Shown: positions 41,827 through 53,130, counted from the stretch's first letter. The stretch is 64,000 nt of DNA from Trypanosoma brucei (GCA_000002445.1 CM000208.1:1344001-1408000), one strand, 5' to 3'. Numbers and translations: made by a program. Notes: generated by a model from the sequence alone, not told the origin.

Positions 41827-42745
41827 TGGGAAATGAAGAAACGAACAGGAAAAATAGGGGAAACAAAGGGTGAGAATGTTGCAAGCGCGGATGCAGAGGG
41901 TTATGCACTGCCATTCAGTTTGCTCTATTCCCTTGACAAATGAAAATGAGGTGAGGAGTTTTTTCTGTGCGTCAGTTATTTGTGTTCTTTAACACCTGTA
42001 ATTGTTCTATTATTTTTATTGTGGGGGTTACAAAATTCGTGATTGTCTTGCTCTGTGTGCTTCTTAAGGTTTCTGCTCATTTCCACACATCGGTGTTTAT
42101 GTGTTACCTTCCTTTCTACGGAGCCCCAAAACTTCCTATTGTTGTTACGAAAACTTAGTGATACTGTTGTTACCATTATTGTTTTTATTGAATTATCGAC
42201 AGGTTTCGGACAAGCTGCGGCGGCACCCATCTGCCTTACACCTCGCAGCTTACGTGTCTTCTGCACTTTGATACGGAGGCGTGTTTACGCGCAACCATGT
42301 TTACCAACTCGTTATAGGGGCTATGAACTTGATATGTGTATATCCGAAAGGTGTTACTGCTTTTTGTTCGTTTTGGCTAAATGTTACCTTCTCATTTCAA
42401 TACAAACATGTACATGTGCGCACGTCTCGTGCGTGAGGTGTATCTTTCCTGAAAGGAACACTTTGCAATGACATTGTGTTTACTCGGTTCTTCTCGTCTT
42501 TTTTTTTCCTTTTTTCCCTCTTGCATTATTACATTTTTTTTTTTTGACGACTGCATCCGAACACGTTACATGTTTCAAAGAGTACCGCTTGCATTACCAT
42601 AGCGAACAAGGAGAGAGAAGTAAGAGGCAGTACAAGGTGAAATTAAAATTAATATAATAACAATAAAGAAGTTTGCTTTAGTTAACGTCCTGTGTTCCCT
42701 TACACCTTATTAAATCTACCTGTGTAGGAAAGGGTGCGCTTCCTT

Positions 42746-42762
42746 TATATATATATATATTT
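42746..42762. repeat. (TA)8 microsatellite
   Basis: tatatatatatatatat. Confidence 0.8.
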
Positions 42763-43184
42763 GGGAGTTAACACATCTCCATGAAATTGCAGCTGACACA
42801 CGAGTTGTACCACGGCACATAACACATAGACTCCATCACTTTACACAGAATAAAACCTACAACCTCCAATCGTTGCTACTTTAAACATCACACAGAAAGG
42901 GGTGGGAGGTGGCAAGGGGGGGGGAGAGAAAAGTAAAGCAAAGGGTTTACAAAAGTTTGAGGTGGTGTCAACAACTGTTGTGCCATTACAGAAACGGAAA
43001 AAGCACAGTGCTGAAGCTACTGTGCGATACAGTCAGCAATTTAAGTTTACCCAAGAATTGTTAAAGATAAACCGTCACTACCTTCAGCGACTTTGGATTT
43101 TACCAGAGGTGTGGACAGGCGGTAACACAAAACATAATTACAGGTGACGGTTTGGAACGTAGAGCCCTCCATTTAGTTTCTGTT

Positions 43185-44747
43185 ATGAAAGCCCGGCGAC
43201 GTGGAGGGTCCCTACATGCAGAACTCCCCTTTACATATACGCTGTTCAGCACCATTGACGTCTACGGTGATGACTTACTCGATTTTACAGGAGATGACAA
43301 ACCTGAAAGACATGCTGAGGTTACGGAATTCCTGCGCAGGAGGGGATCGGGTGCATGTCGTGATGCTCCTCTTGGGCCGTCATCGTACCTTCACATGAGA
43401 GAACCCTTCAGTTACATTGCCGAAGGCTCCATCAGTGAAAACACATCCGATGCAGGCGGCAGCTTTGCCCGTGTGGAAGATGCCATGCAACACGTGTGGT
43501 TCATTTCGCAGCGTGATGGAATCAGCACTCCGTTTGCTCTCAACTTCTCGACATCTGCGCAGTTTTTAAGGTACGCGGAGAGGGAATCGTTGCAGTTTCC
43601 GACGTTAAGATGTGGATCATCCACAATGGCTTCGGAGCCCATTGCAGCACATGAAGGACCTGCTAAGTGGTTGGATATTCAAACAAAGAACAAAACTCTC
43701 GTTACGGATATTCTTTCCCACTTCCCCGTCTCGGCGGATACAGTCGAACACTGCTGCTATCCAGATGATATGGATCGTGTTATTGCACATTCCACGCTTG
43801 GATATTTCTTCTTTAACCTCATGTGTACACCCATCGCCTTAGGGGAAGTGGCACGTGGCCGCCATCAAGTGAAAAGCGTCATACAGCAGCGACTTGAAGC
43901 TGCAATGAGCGCCGGTCCGCGTTCTTCGACCCCATCGGCTGTCGCCGTTTCTGTTATAGTTTTCTTTGATTGGGTCGTAACGGTGCATGAGGAGCCCTTT
44001 CATGAGTTTGATGACTTACTGCGTTTTATACTGATTAACTGTGGTAATCGGGCGCCCGCATCAAACAACCGAAGGCTCATGCAGGTGATGACGGCCCCTT
44101 TCATATTCGCTAGTTTCTTTCAAATTGTTGTGGGACACTTATTAGACAGCGAATCGCTAACCATGATAGTGGACGAGGTCAGTGATCTTGTGTTTCTTTC
44201 CAAGAGCACAGAAGGTCACAACGAAGAGGTTGTGCAGCGTATTACCAACGCGCGCCGGTGCTTTGCCGAGTACGCCGCCGAGTTGACTAGACGTGAGTAC
44301 ATTGCTTCTGTTCTTCTACATTCGCATATGATGGATTCGTTTCTCACAAAAGACAAAGTTTGCCGTACACAAATAGAGAGCGCTCAAGCTTACCTTTATC
44401 GTATGAGTGATGAAGTTGGGGACTGTCGTGACACAGTCGCACTGACAAATTGGTACCAGAATGTGAAGGACACGTGGCACCATCTTCAGTACGGTAATAA
44501 GGCACTCCGTCAAACAGTTTTGTTTACTGAGTTGATTAACATTATGTACCCCCTCATCACACTTCAAACGCTTTTCTCCCTTAACGTGCGGATCCCTTTC
44601 GCTTACTACGAGGATCAAATGGAAAAGGATTTGAAACCGTTTTTCATTATGATGGGGATTGTGTTATTCTTTTTGTTGTTGTGTGGGCGTGCGATGTATG
44701 CTCTGTGGCACAAGAAACACTGGTCGACGCGCCTGCTGGCAACGTAG
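43185..44747 (+). CDS. Hypothetical protein with two closely spaced C-terminal TM helices (CorA/Mrs2-like topology, but no GMN motif)
   Basis: The ORF track starts at TTG 43152, and the first ATG is 43185. The C-terminus reads ...LINIMYPLITLQTLFSLNVRIPF - AYYEDQMEKDLKP - FFIMMGIVLFFLLLCGRAMYALW - HKKHW. Confidence 0.45.
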   Translation: MKARRRGGSLHAELPFTYTLFSTIDVYGDDLLDFTGDDKPERHAEVTEFLRRRGSGACRDAPLGPSSYLHMREPFSYIAEGSISENTSDAGGSFARVEDAMQHVWFISQRDGISTPFALNFSTSAQFLRYAERESLQFPTLRCGSSTMASEPIAAHEGPAKWLDIQTKNKTLVTDILSHFPVSADTVEHCCYPDDMDRVIAHSTLGYFFFNLMCTPIALGEVARGRHQVKSVIQQRLEAAMSAGPRSSTPSAVAVSVIVFFDWVVTVHEEPFHEFDDLLRFILINCGNRAPASNNRRLMQVMTAPFIFASFFQIVVGHLLDSESLTMIVDEVSDLVFLSKSTEGHNEEVVQRITNARRCFAEYAAELTRREYIASVLLHSHMMDSFLTKDKVCRTQIESAQAYLYRMSDEVGDCRDTVALTNWYQNVKDTWHHLQYGNKALRQTVLFTELINIMYPLITLQTLFSLNVRIPFAYYEDQMEKDLKPFFIMMGIVLFFLLLCGRAMYALWHKKHWSTRLLAT

Positions 44748-45486
44748 CATGATCACTTGGAACTTTATGGTATGGAATGATATGTCTACCTATCAAAAGG
44801 TTGGCCGGAAATTTTATCAAGCAGATAACGCGACTGTTGTGTTTTGCGGCACCTGACTTATGCAGATTTTTTAAAATTTTCTCTGCAGTGTTTACTGATG
44901 CCGTTAGCGGTTTGCCCAAGCGAATTTCATCACAGGCTCTTTGGAGGCTTGAAGGCAGCGAGGGGAGGGGTAATGCTCTGAGGAGGGGGATGGGTGAATA
45001 TAATGTTTTCAGTGTTCTACTGCATTCCGCTTGTGCTGTTAGCAGGTGGAGGGTGGTAGTAGTTGACCAACCGTCGATTCTTTTCGGGTGAAGATCATCG
45101 ATTTATTTATTGTTTATGAAGACGCGGGTGAATGGATACAGTTGTTTACTATGGAACGAAGTGGGTGTTTCCTATCTGGTATAGGTTCCTGAAAGTCAGC
45201 GCTTAATTCACTTAATTTGTGTACGCGAACTTGTGGTGGTGGAGAATCTCTTCCCCGGACTCCGTTGCTGGCCCATCATTCATGTTTTTTTTTGAATTAT
45301 CTTTCCTTGGGACACAACGGAGTTAGTCGCCGCCCTCTCCAGTACTTTGCATATTTTCTGCCGCCGTTTCAGTAGGGGAGCGTATTTTAGTCGAGGGCTG
45401 AATAGAAACAAAGAGGTTGAAGCTCAGCAAGGATAGGGGTAGGTGATTGCGGGAAAATTTAGTGAAAGCAGTACCATAAAAAGCCG

Positions 45487-46302
45487 ATGCTTAGCCGCTG
45501 TTTTGTCGTGTACCGCAAGGCGGTAGCGCAATTCAGTGCGAGAGACTTTCGCCCGCGTCAGAGTATTGCCCTGACGCCAGAGAACGTAACTCTGATGTTG
45601 AAATCGAAACTACACCCGAATGATCGGCTGCTCCGCCAATCAACCGTTGGTCCCGGTGCTTCCCGCTTTTTAATAGTGGATCGAAACCAATGTGTGCGTG
45701 GAATTTATCGTCCTCTGCTCTGTTTACCATATCCAATGGCCGGGTCCAGTGTGTTGGGAGTACCCGTAGAATCATATCTGCAGGTGGTGGAGCAAAAACT
45801 GCTGTCAGAAGAGAATACTACGCTTATTTTTGTTTCGCATGCAAATGGGTTTAGCTTCACAGTGTATGGAATAGACGGGAGTCTTCGCCTTCCATTGGTC
45901 CATCTCAAGTTGCCCGGTGAACGGTCTGTGACGGCGGGTAAAATGAGTGACCGTGACATGCGACCTTTTGTGAATACGACAAATCTCATGGATGACCTTG
46001 CAGAGCTAGTTACTGACCACTATGCAACTTCTATACATCCATGCAGCTCATTTTTTTACCTATCGGGATCAGATTCCGTCTTGTCTTTTTCAGAAACCAA
46101 AGCGGCATGGAGAGAGCGGGGATATGCCGATAAACTGCCGCTTAGTTTTGAAGACAAGCGGTGGGTGAGTCTTCCAGATTTAGCTGCTCAGCACCGAGGT
46201 GTTACTCCACTTTATTGTACAGATTTTGACGGCTACAAAGTCGTAGATGAGAGGGGACTCACCACAAGGGTAAAATTGGGGCGACTTGAACTGGATTCGT
46301 GA
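45487..46302 (+). CDS. Hypothetical protein, 271 aa
   Basis: ATG-initiated ORF on the coding strand. No recognisable domain. Confidence 0.45.
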   Translation: MLSRCFVVYRKAVAQFSARDFRPRQSIALTPENVTLMLKSKLHPNDRLLRQSTVGPGASRFLIVDRNQCVRGIYRPLLCLPYPMAGSSVLGVPVESYLQVVEQKLLSEENTTLIFVSHANGFSFTVYGIDGSLRLPLVHLKLPGERSVTAGKMSDRDMRPFVNTTNLMDDLAELVTDHYATSIHPCSSFFYLSGSDSVLSFSETKAAWRERGYADKLPLSFEDKRWVSLPDLAAQHRGVTPLYCTDFDGYKVVDERGLTTRVKLGRLELDS

Positions 46303-46633
46303 CAGGCTGTGGGAAATGAATGAGTTACATCGTCGTGTCATTGTTTCCCTTCCTTGTAACACTTTTTTTTTTTTTGGTGGGTAAAATATGGATTTTCGGT
46401 GAAGTGTTTGTGGAAGGGAAGGAAGAAGGGAGGGAATATAACATGAATGGGTCTCCAGCAGTGCACCCGAAAAAGCGGCAGAGGGGTCGGTTGTGATGTA
46501 ACGGAAGTGGATCCTTTCCGTTGTATCAAACGGTTTCATCTCCCCCTACTTTTTTGTGTGCTTTAGACGCTGTTTTCCCCAAATCTAAAACGTCTAATCC
46601 CACATAGCGTACGTCAATTCTCTTCTAATCCTT

Positions 46634-46650
46634 TGTGTGTGTGTGTGTGT
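46634..46650. repeat. (GT)8-9 microsatellite
   Basis: tgtgtgtgtgtgtgtgt. Confidence 0.8.
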
Positions 46651-47147
46651 CGTTCCGGTCATGCGCCGGTTCCACCCAGACCACCACAGTTGCTCGTAAC
46701 ACTTCCGAAGGATGGTTGTTTGGCTTTGTCGGGTGGGGAGCAGAGGGTTTTCGCTGAAAGGGACCAAATTAATGTGAAAGAGGCAGTGGCTGAATACATG
46801 AGAGGGGGGAATTTGAAGTCATTTTACGCCATTCACACTCTGAAATAGAGAACCATACATTTGACCTTCGTCATAAACCACGATCGATAGCTGCAGGGGA
46901 GGTAATCCCAACCTTCAAATAATTTCATGTGTTTTTTTTGTTTTTGCTACATCCGGCAACGTCAAAAAGTGTTTTTTTTTGCCTTCTAAATAATGAGCAA
47001 ATGAAAATCCATTACCTCTTTTACTTCTTTCTTTCTCATTGCCCCCCTTGAGTTACCAGTGCAAGAGACAGCTTCTCGTAAATTAGTAGGGTCTCTAACA
47101 AGTGCCACGAGCAGAGGTGGTATTGCAAAGACATCGAGTGTTTCGTG

Positions 47148-47567
47148 ATGCGGCGCTCGTTCGTCGTGGCACCAGTAGTCGCAACTGCGTGTTCGTTAAG
47201 CACACCCATACGAACCATCATCGCTTGTAAAGGTATTGTGGAGAATCGGATCACGAAACACTATTCGAACCGCACCGTAGAGGAGGCTAAGGCGGCACGC
47301 GAAGCACAGATAGCAAAGGCGAAACACCCAAACCCACGCAACCGTAAGGAGGAGCTCAGTCATTTAACGCATCACTGTAGTTATGAGTATGTACCAGAGT
47401 TTCAACGCTGGGCAAATGACATGCTTGCGGTTTACAGTGATCCGCACGGGTATGGTCACGACATGGCGTACCATTACCATCGAATCTGGAAGGCAAAGAG
47501 TCCGACACGGAGGGGCATTGAAGACGGTAGTGGTGCATTCGATGTGTGCAAAATACATCCGAAGTAG
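47148..47567 (+). CDS. Small hypothetical protein (139 aa) with a presequence-like N-terminus
   Basis: The ORF track starts at GTG 47145, with the ATG at 47148. N-terminus MRRSFVVAPVVATACSLSTPIRTIIACKG. Confidence 0.4.
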   Translation: MRRSFVVAPVVATACSLSTPIRTIIACKGIVENRITKHYSNRTVEEAKAAREAQIAKAKHPNPRNRKEELSHLTHHCSYEYVPEFQRWANDMLAVYSDPHGYGHDMAYHYHRIWKAKSPTRRGIEDGSGAFDVCKIHPK

Positions 47568-47981
47568 GGGTAGTATTTTTGTTAATTTTTCCTATGCTTG
47601 TTGGTGGCCTGACTGCGCCAAGTAGGGAGTTGTGGGAGCAATTTGTATGAATGGCGATGGTGTTTTTTTTTTTCCTGTAAGAGCGTGGGAAGTTAGACAA
47701 TTTGTCTTCTTTTCACCCGCTTATCTCCACCCCATTTTTCCGTTTAGGTATTGAGCGTAACGTCTGTGAAGGGACTCGGCCCACGACCTCATTATTTTCT
47801 CTTTCGCCTACGACTTTGATATTTCTTCTGTCCTGGTGATCAAACCCGCTGCAACCACGTGTAGGTTGTGGTGACAAACGTATGCAGTGTATACATAAAC
47901 ATGTACATATGTATTTTATTTATTTATTCAAAATTATATTCTTCTTAGTTTTGTTCGAAGGGTTTATTATTTGACACATTA

Positions 47982-49751
47982 ATGAAGCGAGCACCTTGTT
48001 TGTCACGGTCACTTGCTGTGGGTAGTGCCGCCGTAATCTTAAGTGATGTCGCATCGGATTCCATTAAGCCTTACATGCCGTGGTGGTTGATTTCTCTCAC
48101 CTTCATTTATCGCCTATTTCTTTGTGCGACTATTCGCACTGTGGAGGCCCCGGACGAGTGGTGGCAGAGCACAGAAGTGGCATATAATATGGTTTTTGGA
48201 AAGGGGCATTTGCCGTGGGAATGGCGTTACGGGTTGCGCTCTGTTTTTTTTCCGGCTGTTGTGGCACTACCTTTCTATCTGTTGAAGTTGCTTGGACGCG
48301 ACACAACGTGGGCTGTTTGGTTCGCCCCACGTGTGTTGCAAGCACTGGTTCTCACACTAATAGATGTTAGTGTATTTCGCATGGGTGCTACGCTGGATGA
48401 ACTACTGGCGAAACGTGAACTGGAATTAGCTGAGGAAATGCGGCAGTCAAAGACAAAGGGATTTTCTTATTTTCGTGAAGTCTTCGTGTCTCGCAGTCGA
48501 CGAGGTATTTGCAACTCCATATCGTATACGGCACTGTTGCTCTCATTGAGTAACTGGTACATGGCCTACTGTGGAGTGCGGCTGTACGGCAACGTCATTG
48601 AAGCCTTGCTGGTGCTTTTAACGCTGCAGCAGCGTCGCTACGTCCCGTTTCTGCTTCTCACTGGACTCGCCTCAGCAATTCGAGTGACATCCGCCGTTGT
48701 CCTTTCACCCCTTGTTTTTCGTCACTTAGCGAATGCCACGCGAGAACATGGATTCACTCGGGGGCTGTTCCGGATCGTTTTAACAGGCCTAATCGTGCTT
48801 GTAGCTGTGTTAGGGGGAGTAATGGTACTCGATTACTGTTTTTATGGCCGGTGGGTCCTGACGCCACTTGCTTTTTTCCGATTCAATGTGCTACACAACC
48901 TCAGCCGCTTCTTTGGTGAGCATCCGTGGTACTTCTACGTGGGCCCTGTGCTCGTTGGTATTGTGGGTCCCCATGTTCTCTTCACAATTGCAGCGCCTCT
49001 TGTGTTGTGGCGTGATACCGCTTCCCGTGCCGTCTCCCGGCCTGTTCTTGGGATGCTGGGCATCGGTGCATGGACACTAGGATTCTATTCCTTGATTGAT
49101 CACAAAGAAATGCGTTTTGTTTTTGTAGTCATCCCATTGTCCCTTATTACAGCTGCCTTTGTGCTGGTGCGTTGGAGTCGAACATCGGCTGTAGTAGTGA
49201 AAATGAACCGTCTGTTTGTATTGTTCAACATTGTTATGATCTATTTGATGGGCTACGTGTACCGGAGAGGCCCTCTGGATGTAATGGCTGAGGTGCGTGA
49301 CGGCCCGAGAATTAACCGGCTCGACGTAATTGCAACATGTTACACGGTGCCCGGATATAGCTACATGCACAGGAAGGTAAATCATCTGGGTTTCGTTGAC
49401 TGTTCTATTGACTTGGATGAGAAAACGGGACTTCCTAAAGTTACGGAAGATATAATGTTTCGCCGCTATCCGAAAGAATATGTGTTGTGGAGATATGATG
49501 GTAAACATAGTTTTAACATGGGTGATCTGGAGGAAAGTCGAAAGGCTTCGGAGCTGCAGAGTGTTGTGATGCCGAAATCTGCGCCTCATCCCGACGCAAT
49601 GGTAATGACTCGTGCAGTAGCGAAGGAAATAGAGGAACCATTCCTTAAGAGACACGGTTACAGACTTTATCGTACGTTTCTACACAGTCCATTAACACTG
49701 GCTCCCTATGAAGACATTTATATACAAATGTGGGTCAAGGTGACGAAGTGA
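47982..49751 (+). CDS. GPI10: GT22-family Dol-P-Man-dependent alpha-mannosyltransferase, most like GPI mannosyltransferase III (PIG-B / GPI10)
   Basis: It has the family signature near the N-terminus, APDEWWQSTEVAYNMVFGKGHLPWEWRYGLRS (48148..48245; compare the PIG-B pattern HPDE.FQS.EVAH....G.G.LTWEW...IRS). At least 8 further TM helices follow. At 589 aa its size matches PIG-B/GPI10. Confidence 0.7.
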   Translation: MKRAPCLSRSLAVGSAAVILSDVASDSIKPYMPWWLISLTFIYRLFLCATIRTVEAPDEWWQSTEVAYNMVFGKGHLPWEWRYGLRSVFFPAVVALPFYLLKLLGRDTTWAVWFAPRVLQALVLTLIDVSVFRMGATLDELLAKRELELAEEMRQSKTKGFSYFREVFVSRSRRGICNSISYTALLLSLSNWYMAYCGVRLYGNVIEALLVLLTLQQRRYVPFLLLTGLASAIRVTSAVVLSPLVFRHLANATREHGFTRGLFRIVLTGLIVLVAVLGGVMVLDYCFYGRWVLTPLAFFRFNVLHNLSRFFGEHPWYFYVGPVLVGIVGPHVLFTIAAPLVLWRDTASRAVSRPVLGMLGIGAWTLGFYSLIDHKEMRFVFVVIPLSLITAAFVLVRWSRTSAVVVKMNRLFVLFNIVMIYLMGYVYRRGPLDVMAEVRDGPRINRLDVIATCYTVPGYSYMHRKVNHLGFVDCSIDLDEKTGLPKVTEDIMFRRYPKEYVLWRYDGKHSFNMGDLEESRKASELQSVVMPKSAPHPDAMVMTRAVAKEIEEPFLKRHGYRLYRTFLHSPLTLAPYEDIYIQMWVKVTK

Positions 49752-50267
49752 AAATTAGTAGTCGGTGAAGGGGACGCAATCGGGGTGTGTCTAAATATTT
49801 GTTTATTATGATAATGCTGCCTCCTGTAGTGTTCTACAATTTTGTTTGTGTCAAATGGATAAATGACGGTTATCCCTTTCTCCCTTCTTGCGTTTCCTTA
49901 CCGACAAATCAAACGTTCACATTTTTTTTTTGATTTGTATATTCACTTAGCCTACTAACCCCATTCTTGGTCCTCGGTTCAGTATTCGTTGTTTGTGCAT
50001 GTGCGTGCAAGCTGTTTCCCGCGCTGACCGTTTGGTCTTAAGGTATTGTTACGTGAACAAACGGCAGTGGCTCGTTCAACAATAATAAACGTGAGCGTTA
50101 CAAGGAACGACAGCGGAACGAAAAAAAAGAGTGATAATGTACTTCGTACTGCCTTGTTGCACCAACAAGTGGACCACGTTCTTTTTTTCTTTTTCTTGTC
50201 TCAAAATCTTCATTTCCAGGTGCGCGAAGGTGAAAGAGCACAATCGGTGGGCGAGGGAGTTTGAACC

Positions 50268-50966
50268 ATGGAGTCTCCGCCCTCAAATGATGAAAAGCAT
50301 GAATTGGCTGTTGCACTTCGTTTGAAAGAAGAGGACGACGCACTTTTGTGTGCCTTCGGACCAGATTACTTCAATGGGGCACGTGTGGGTGCCGGTTGCG
50401 GCGGAGTGTTTACGGCATTTCTCGCATGGTGGTCCTTTGTTGATTTAAAGGAGGATCACAAACTGTGTGACTCGGCACTGCCGACTCACATGCGTGATAG
50501 ATCATGGACTATAAGACGAGGTTTTCACTCGAGGCCCTTCTTCACAGTTGGCTGTGTTGCACTAGGTATTACAACACTAATGAAAGCAACCAAGTTTTGT
50601 TTGGCGAATTATCGGTATCAGGAATTTGCTGCGGATGATATTGGTTTCGAGTTGTTGAAGAGCATGTACGTTAGCTCGCCTGAAGGGCACCGGCAGTTTG
50701 AGGCCTTTGTGAAGAAAACGATTGGTAATGAAAAAGTATTGGAATTACCATCGCCTTCCACTAACTTTGCAACGGGTGGAAAAATCCGCAACAATCAGAA
50801 TCTTACGGAAACACTAGTGAGCAGTACATCGTCATTTTGTGATCGTAAACCACCGTCGTTTTGGGATGGAGTGGCTGTTGGAATTATGGGTTCCGTCATG
50901 GACTGCTACTTACCGTGCAAACCCCTCTATAGTTACTATGGCATGAGGTGCGGTATGCGCCTTTGA
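50268..50966 (+). CDS. Small hypothetical membrane protein (232 aa) with a glycine-zipper TM segment
   Basis: GARVGAGCGGVFTAFLAWWSF, and a second hydrophobic segment FFTVGCVALGITTLM. Confidence 0.45.
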   Translation: MESPPSNDEKHELAVALRLKEEDDALLCAFGPDYFNGARVGAGCGGVFTAFLAWWSFVDLKEDHKLCDSALPTHMRDRSWTIRRGFHSRPFFTVGCVALGITTLMKATKFCLANYRYQEFAADDIGFELLKSMYVSSPEGHRQFEAFVKKTIGNEKVLELPSPSTNFATGGKIRNNQNLTETLVSSTSSFCDRKPPSFWDGVAVGIMGSVMDCYLPCKPLYSYYGMRCGMRL

Positions 50967-51120
50967 GGACCACGAGGTGTCGTAGGACGCGGGCGTAGAC
51001 TTGCGTGCGATTGGCGCATTTTGGAGAAGCGGCAACTTACAAACTGAGTACAAACTTTCTGAGCATCTTTACCTTCCCCTGTTGCAGCAATGCTTAGCCT
51101 CTGCCACTGGGAGCATAGTT

Positions 51121-51208
51121 TATATATATATATTTTTTCGTGTTTTCCTTTTTCTCCGCTTGTGTGTGGTGTGTTGCCCGGGTGAACCCCCTCTCGTTTC
51201 CCTTGCAG
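51121..51208 (+). promoter_or_regulatory. (TA)n plus a long polypyrimidine tract ending in cccttgcAG: candidate trans-splice acceptor for the gene starting at 51305
   Basis: tatatatatatattttttcgtgttttcctttttctccgcttgtgtgtggtgtgttgcccgggtgaaccccctctcgtttcccttgcag. Confidence 0.45.
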
Positions 51209-51304
51209 ATTGCCTTTCCATTTTCGTTTCTTCTCTACATCATTCTGTCTAGCAATTTAGTGAAGTGCATCATCGGCGAACTTCAGTGTTGGAAGATGGT
51301 CCTT

Positions 51305-52336
51305 TATGTAATGGGCCCCCCGCGAGGGAGGGGTGGTGCCAACACCTCACGCCCAATTATAGCAGTCCTTGCTGATGTGTCGTTCGACACCTTTCGGGTC
51401 CGAGTGTTATGTATTGAATCAATAGTCAACCGTCCGATGGCATTCACAGCACTTAAAAACACATATTGTGATGCATATAATCCTACTAGTTCCGGGCCTT
51501 TTCTCTCCGCGGGGAATTCGGACTCGTTAATGGATTTAACTGTTGATGATAAAAAGCAAGAATTAGGCGCATTGAAAGGGTTTCAAGCGTCTCCACCGAG
51601 TGCATTGGGGTCTGTGCTGATTGATATACCCTTAGACACCTCGCACATGTCGCCCGATGACTTCATGTCAATTGCGTTCTCCCCTCGGTGCAATCCACTG
51701 GGAAGCTTCCACCGTCTTAGTGTTTCCGCACCTCTCGTAAAGGCGGCGTACATTCACGACTACGTGATACACGGCCCCGATTCCCCTGGGCGGAATGACT
51801 TTATACGTGCGATGGAAAGGCGCGGTAGTGCGACGAGGCGGGATACCTCCACGCGCTCTGTTAGCCCCCTAACTCTTCCTCCTACATTTCCTTTACCCAG
51901 TGGTGTTTATGAACCCCTGATGTGGGAGGAGGTAGAGGCACGTGCACGCTTAGTACACTTGGAAGATGTCACCCGCCGACAGTGTCATTCAGCAGAGGTG
52001 TCAGGTTATCTTCGGGCTCAGCGGCTCACACGTTGCAAAACGTCATTTCACTTCTCCGACTTCTCAGCGAAGAAAAGAATACATGAGGCCGAGGTGAAAC
52101 TTTTGCGCGAAGATATGGAGGTGCGAGCAAAGCGGGAAAGAGCTGAACATGAGGAGTTCATGCGAGCGATGACGCGTGGGCGGACGCAGTTGTTGAAACT
52201 GCCAACTATTACAACATCCGGTAAAAAATACAAACCTACGGAGGTAGACAAGCACGTAGCGCGGGTCTTAACCTTCAGGAAACGTGCGGCTAACAAATCA
52301 GACAGCAAGGAGAGACATTTTCTTGAAATACTCTAG
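51305..52336 (+). CDS. Hypothetical protein (about 343 aa) with a basic coiled-coil C-terminus
   Basis: The ORF track starts at GTG 51140. The first ATG is 51305, downstream of a strong poly-Y tract and an AG at 51207..51208. C-terminus KKRIHEAEVKLLREDMEVRAKRERAEHEEFMRAM. Confidence 0.45.
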   Translation, partial: YVMGPPRGRGGANTSRPIIAVLADVSFDTFRVRVLCIESIVNRPMAFTALKNTYCDAYNPTSSGPFLSAGNSDSLMDLTVDDKKQELGALKGFQASPPSALGSVLIDIPLDTSHMSPDDFMSIAFSPRCNPLGSFHRLSVSAPLVKAAYIHDYVIHGPDSPGRNDFIRAMERRGSATRRDTSTRSVSPLTLPPTFPLPSGVYEPLMWEEVEARARLVHLEDVTRRQCHSAEVSGYLRAQRLTRCKTSFHFSDFSAKKRIHEAEVKLLREDMEVRAKRERAEHEEFMRAMTRGRTQLLKLPTITTSGKKYKPTEVDKHVARVLTFRKRAANKSDSKERHFLEIL

Positions 52337-53094
52337 TAATGTACAAATTGTGGTGATATACTTAGAACAGCCGGTGCAACTCTGCGGTTGCGATATGTAT
52401 TTCTATTATCTTACTTCATTTTTTTTAAAATGTTCTTATCGCATTTCTTCTCGTCACACCGATATTGGCGTATACTAATATTTGTTGATATGATCTATCG
52501 GCAAAAGTAAATAAGCTATATAGTGCCGTGTTCATTGAAACTATTTTCATTTTTGGAAGTCTTCCCCACGCGCTGTTGATGCCGGGATAGATACCTTGAT
52601 GTGACCATTAAACATATATTATTCATGTGATGCACCAGGGATGAGGAGGGAGAGAGACTTTTGAAAATTTTGTGGCCCCTTTTTTTATAACACCTACTGT
52701 CGTGTCTGGTTATTACCCGCCTTGTATCTCTGTGTTAATTGTGATGAGTACCCCAACAGTAACACCATGAAGAAACTGTCAGAGAGCAGGGGGAAATAAC
52801 AACAGAAAAGACAACGATTGAGGTGGTTATATGTAAAGCTTGTAGAAGTGATCAGTTTTCTGTGTTTGTGGTTGCTGTACGTGTACTTATAATTCCTCGT
52901 TTCTTCCTTTTTTCCATTACTCATTGCTTAAATTCTTTTGATTTGGTGCGGTGACTGCCGGGCCCCTTCATTCTGTATTCCGGTTGTGAAGAGAACCTTA
53001 AAAGTGTGAAATGTTGTTTTTCTTTTTTGAGGAAGGGGGGAGAGGATACCAGTTTTTGTGCCCCGACTTATGAATATATACAAATAGATAAACA

Positions 53095-53130
53095 TATATA
53101 TATATATATATAGATAGATATGTTTTTTCC
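53095..53130. repeat. (TA)9 followed by (TAGA)-like repeats
   Basis: atatatatatatatatatatagatagatat. Confidence 0.75.

Noticed and set aside
49077-49655. 192-aa minus-strand ORF inside the mannosyltransferase gene
   Set aside because: It is antisense to a conserved CDS. It has no recognisable features.
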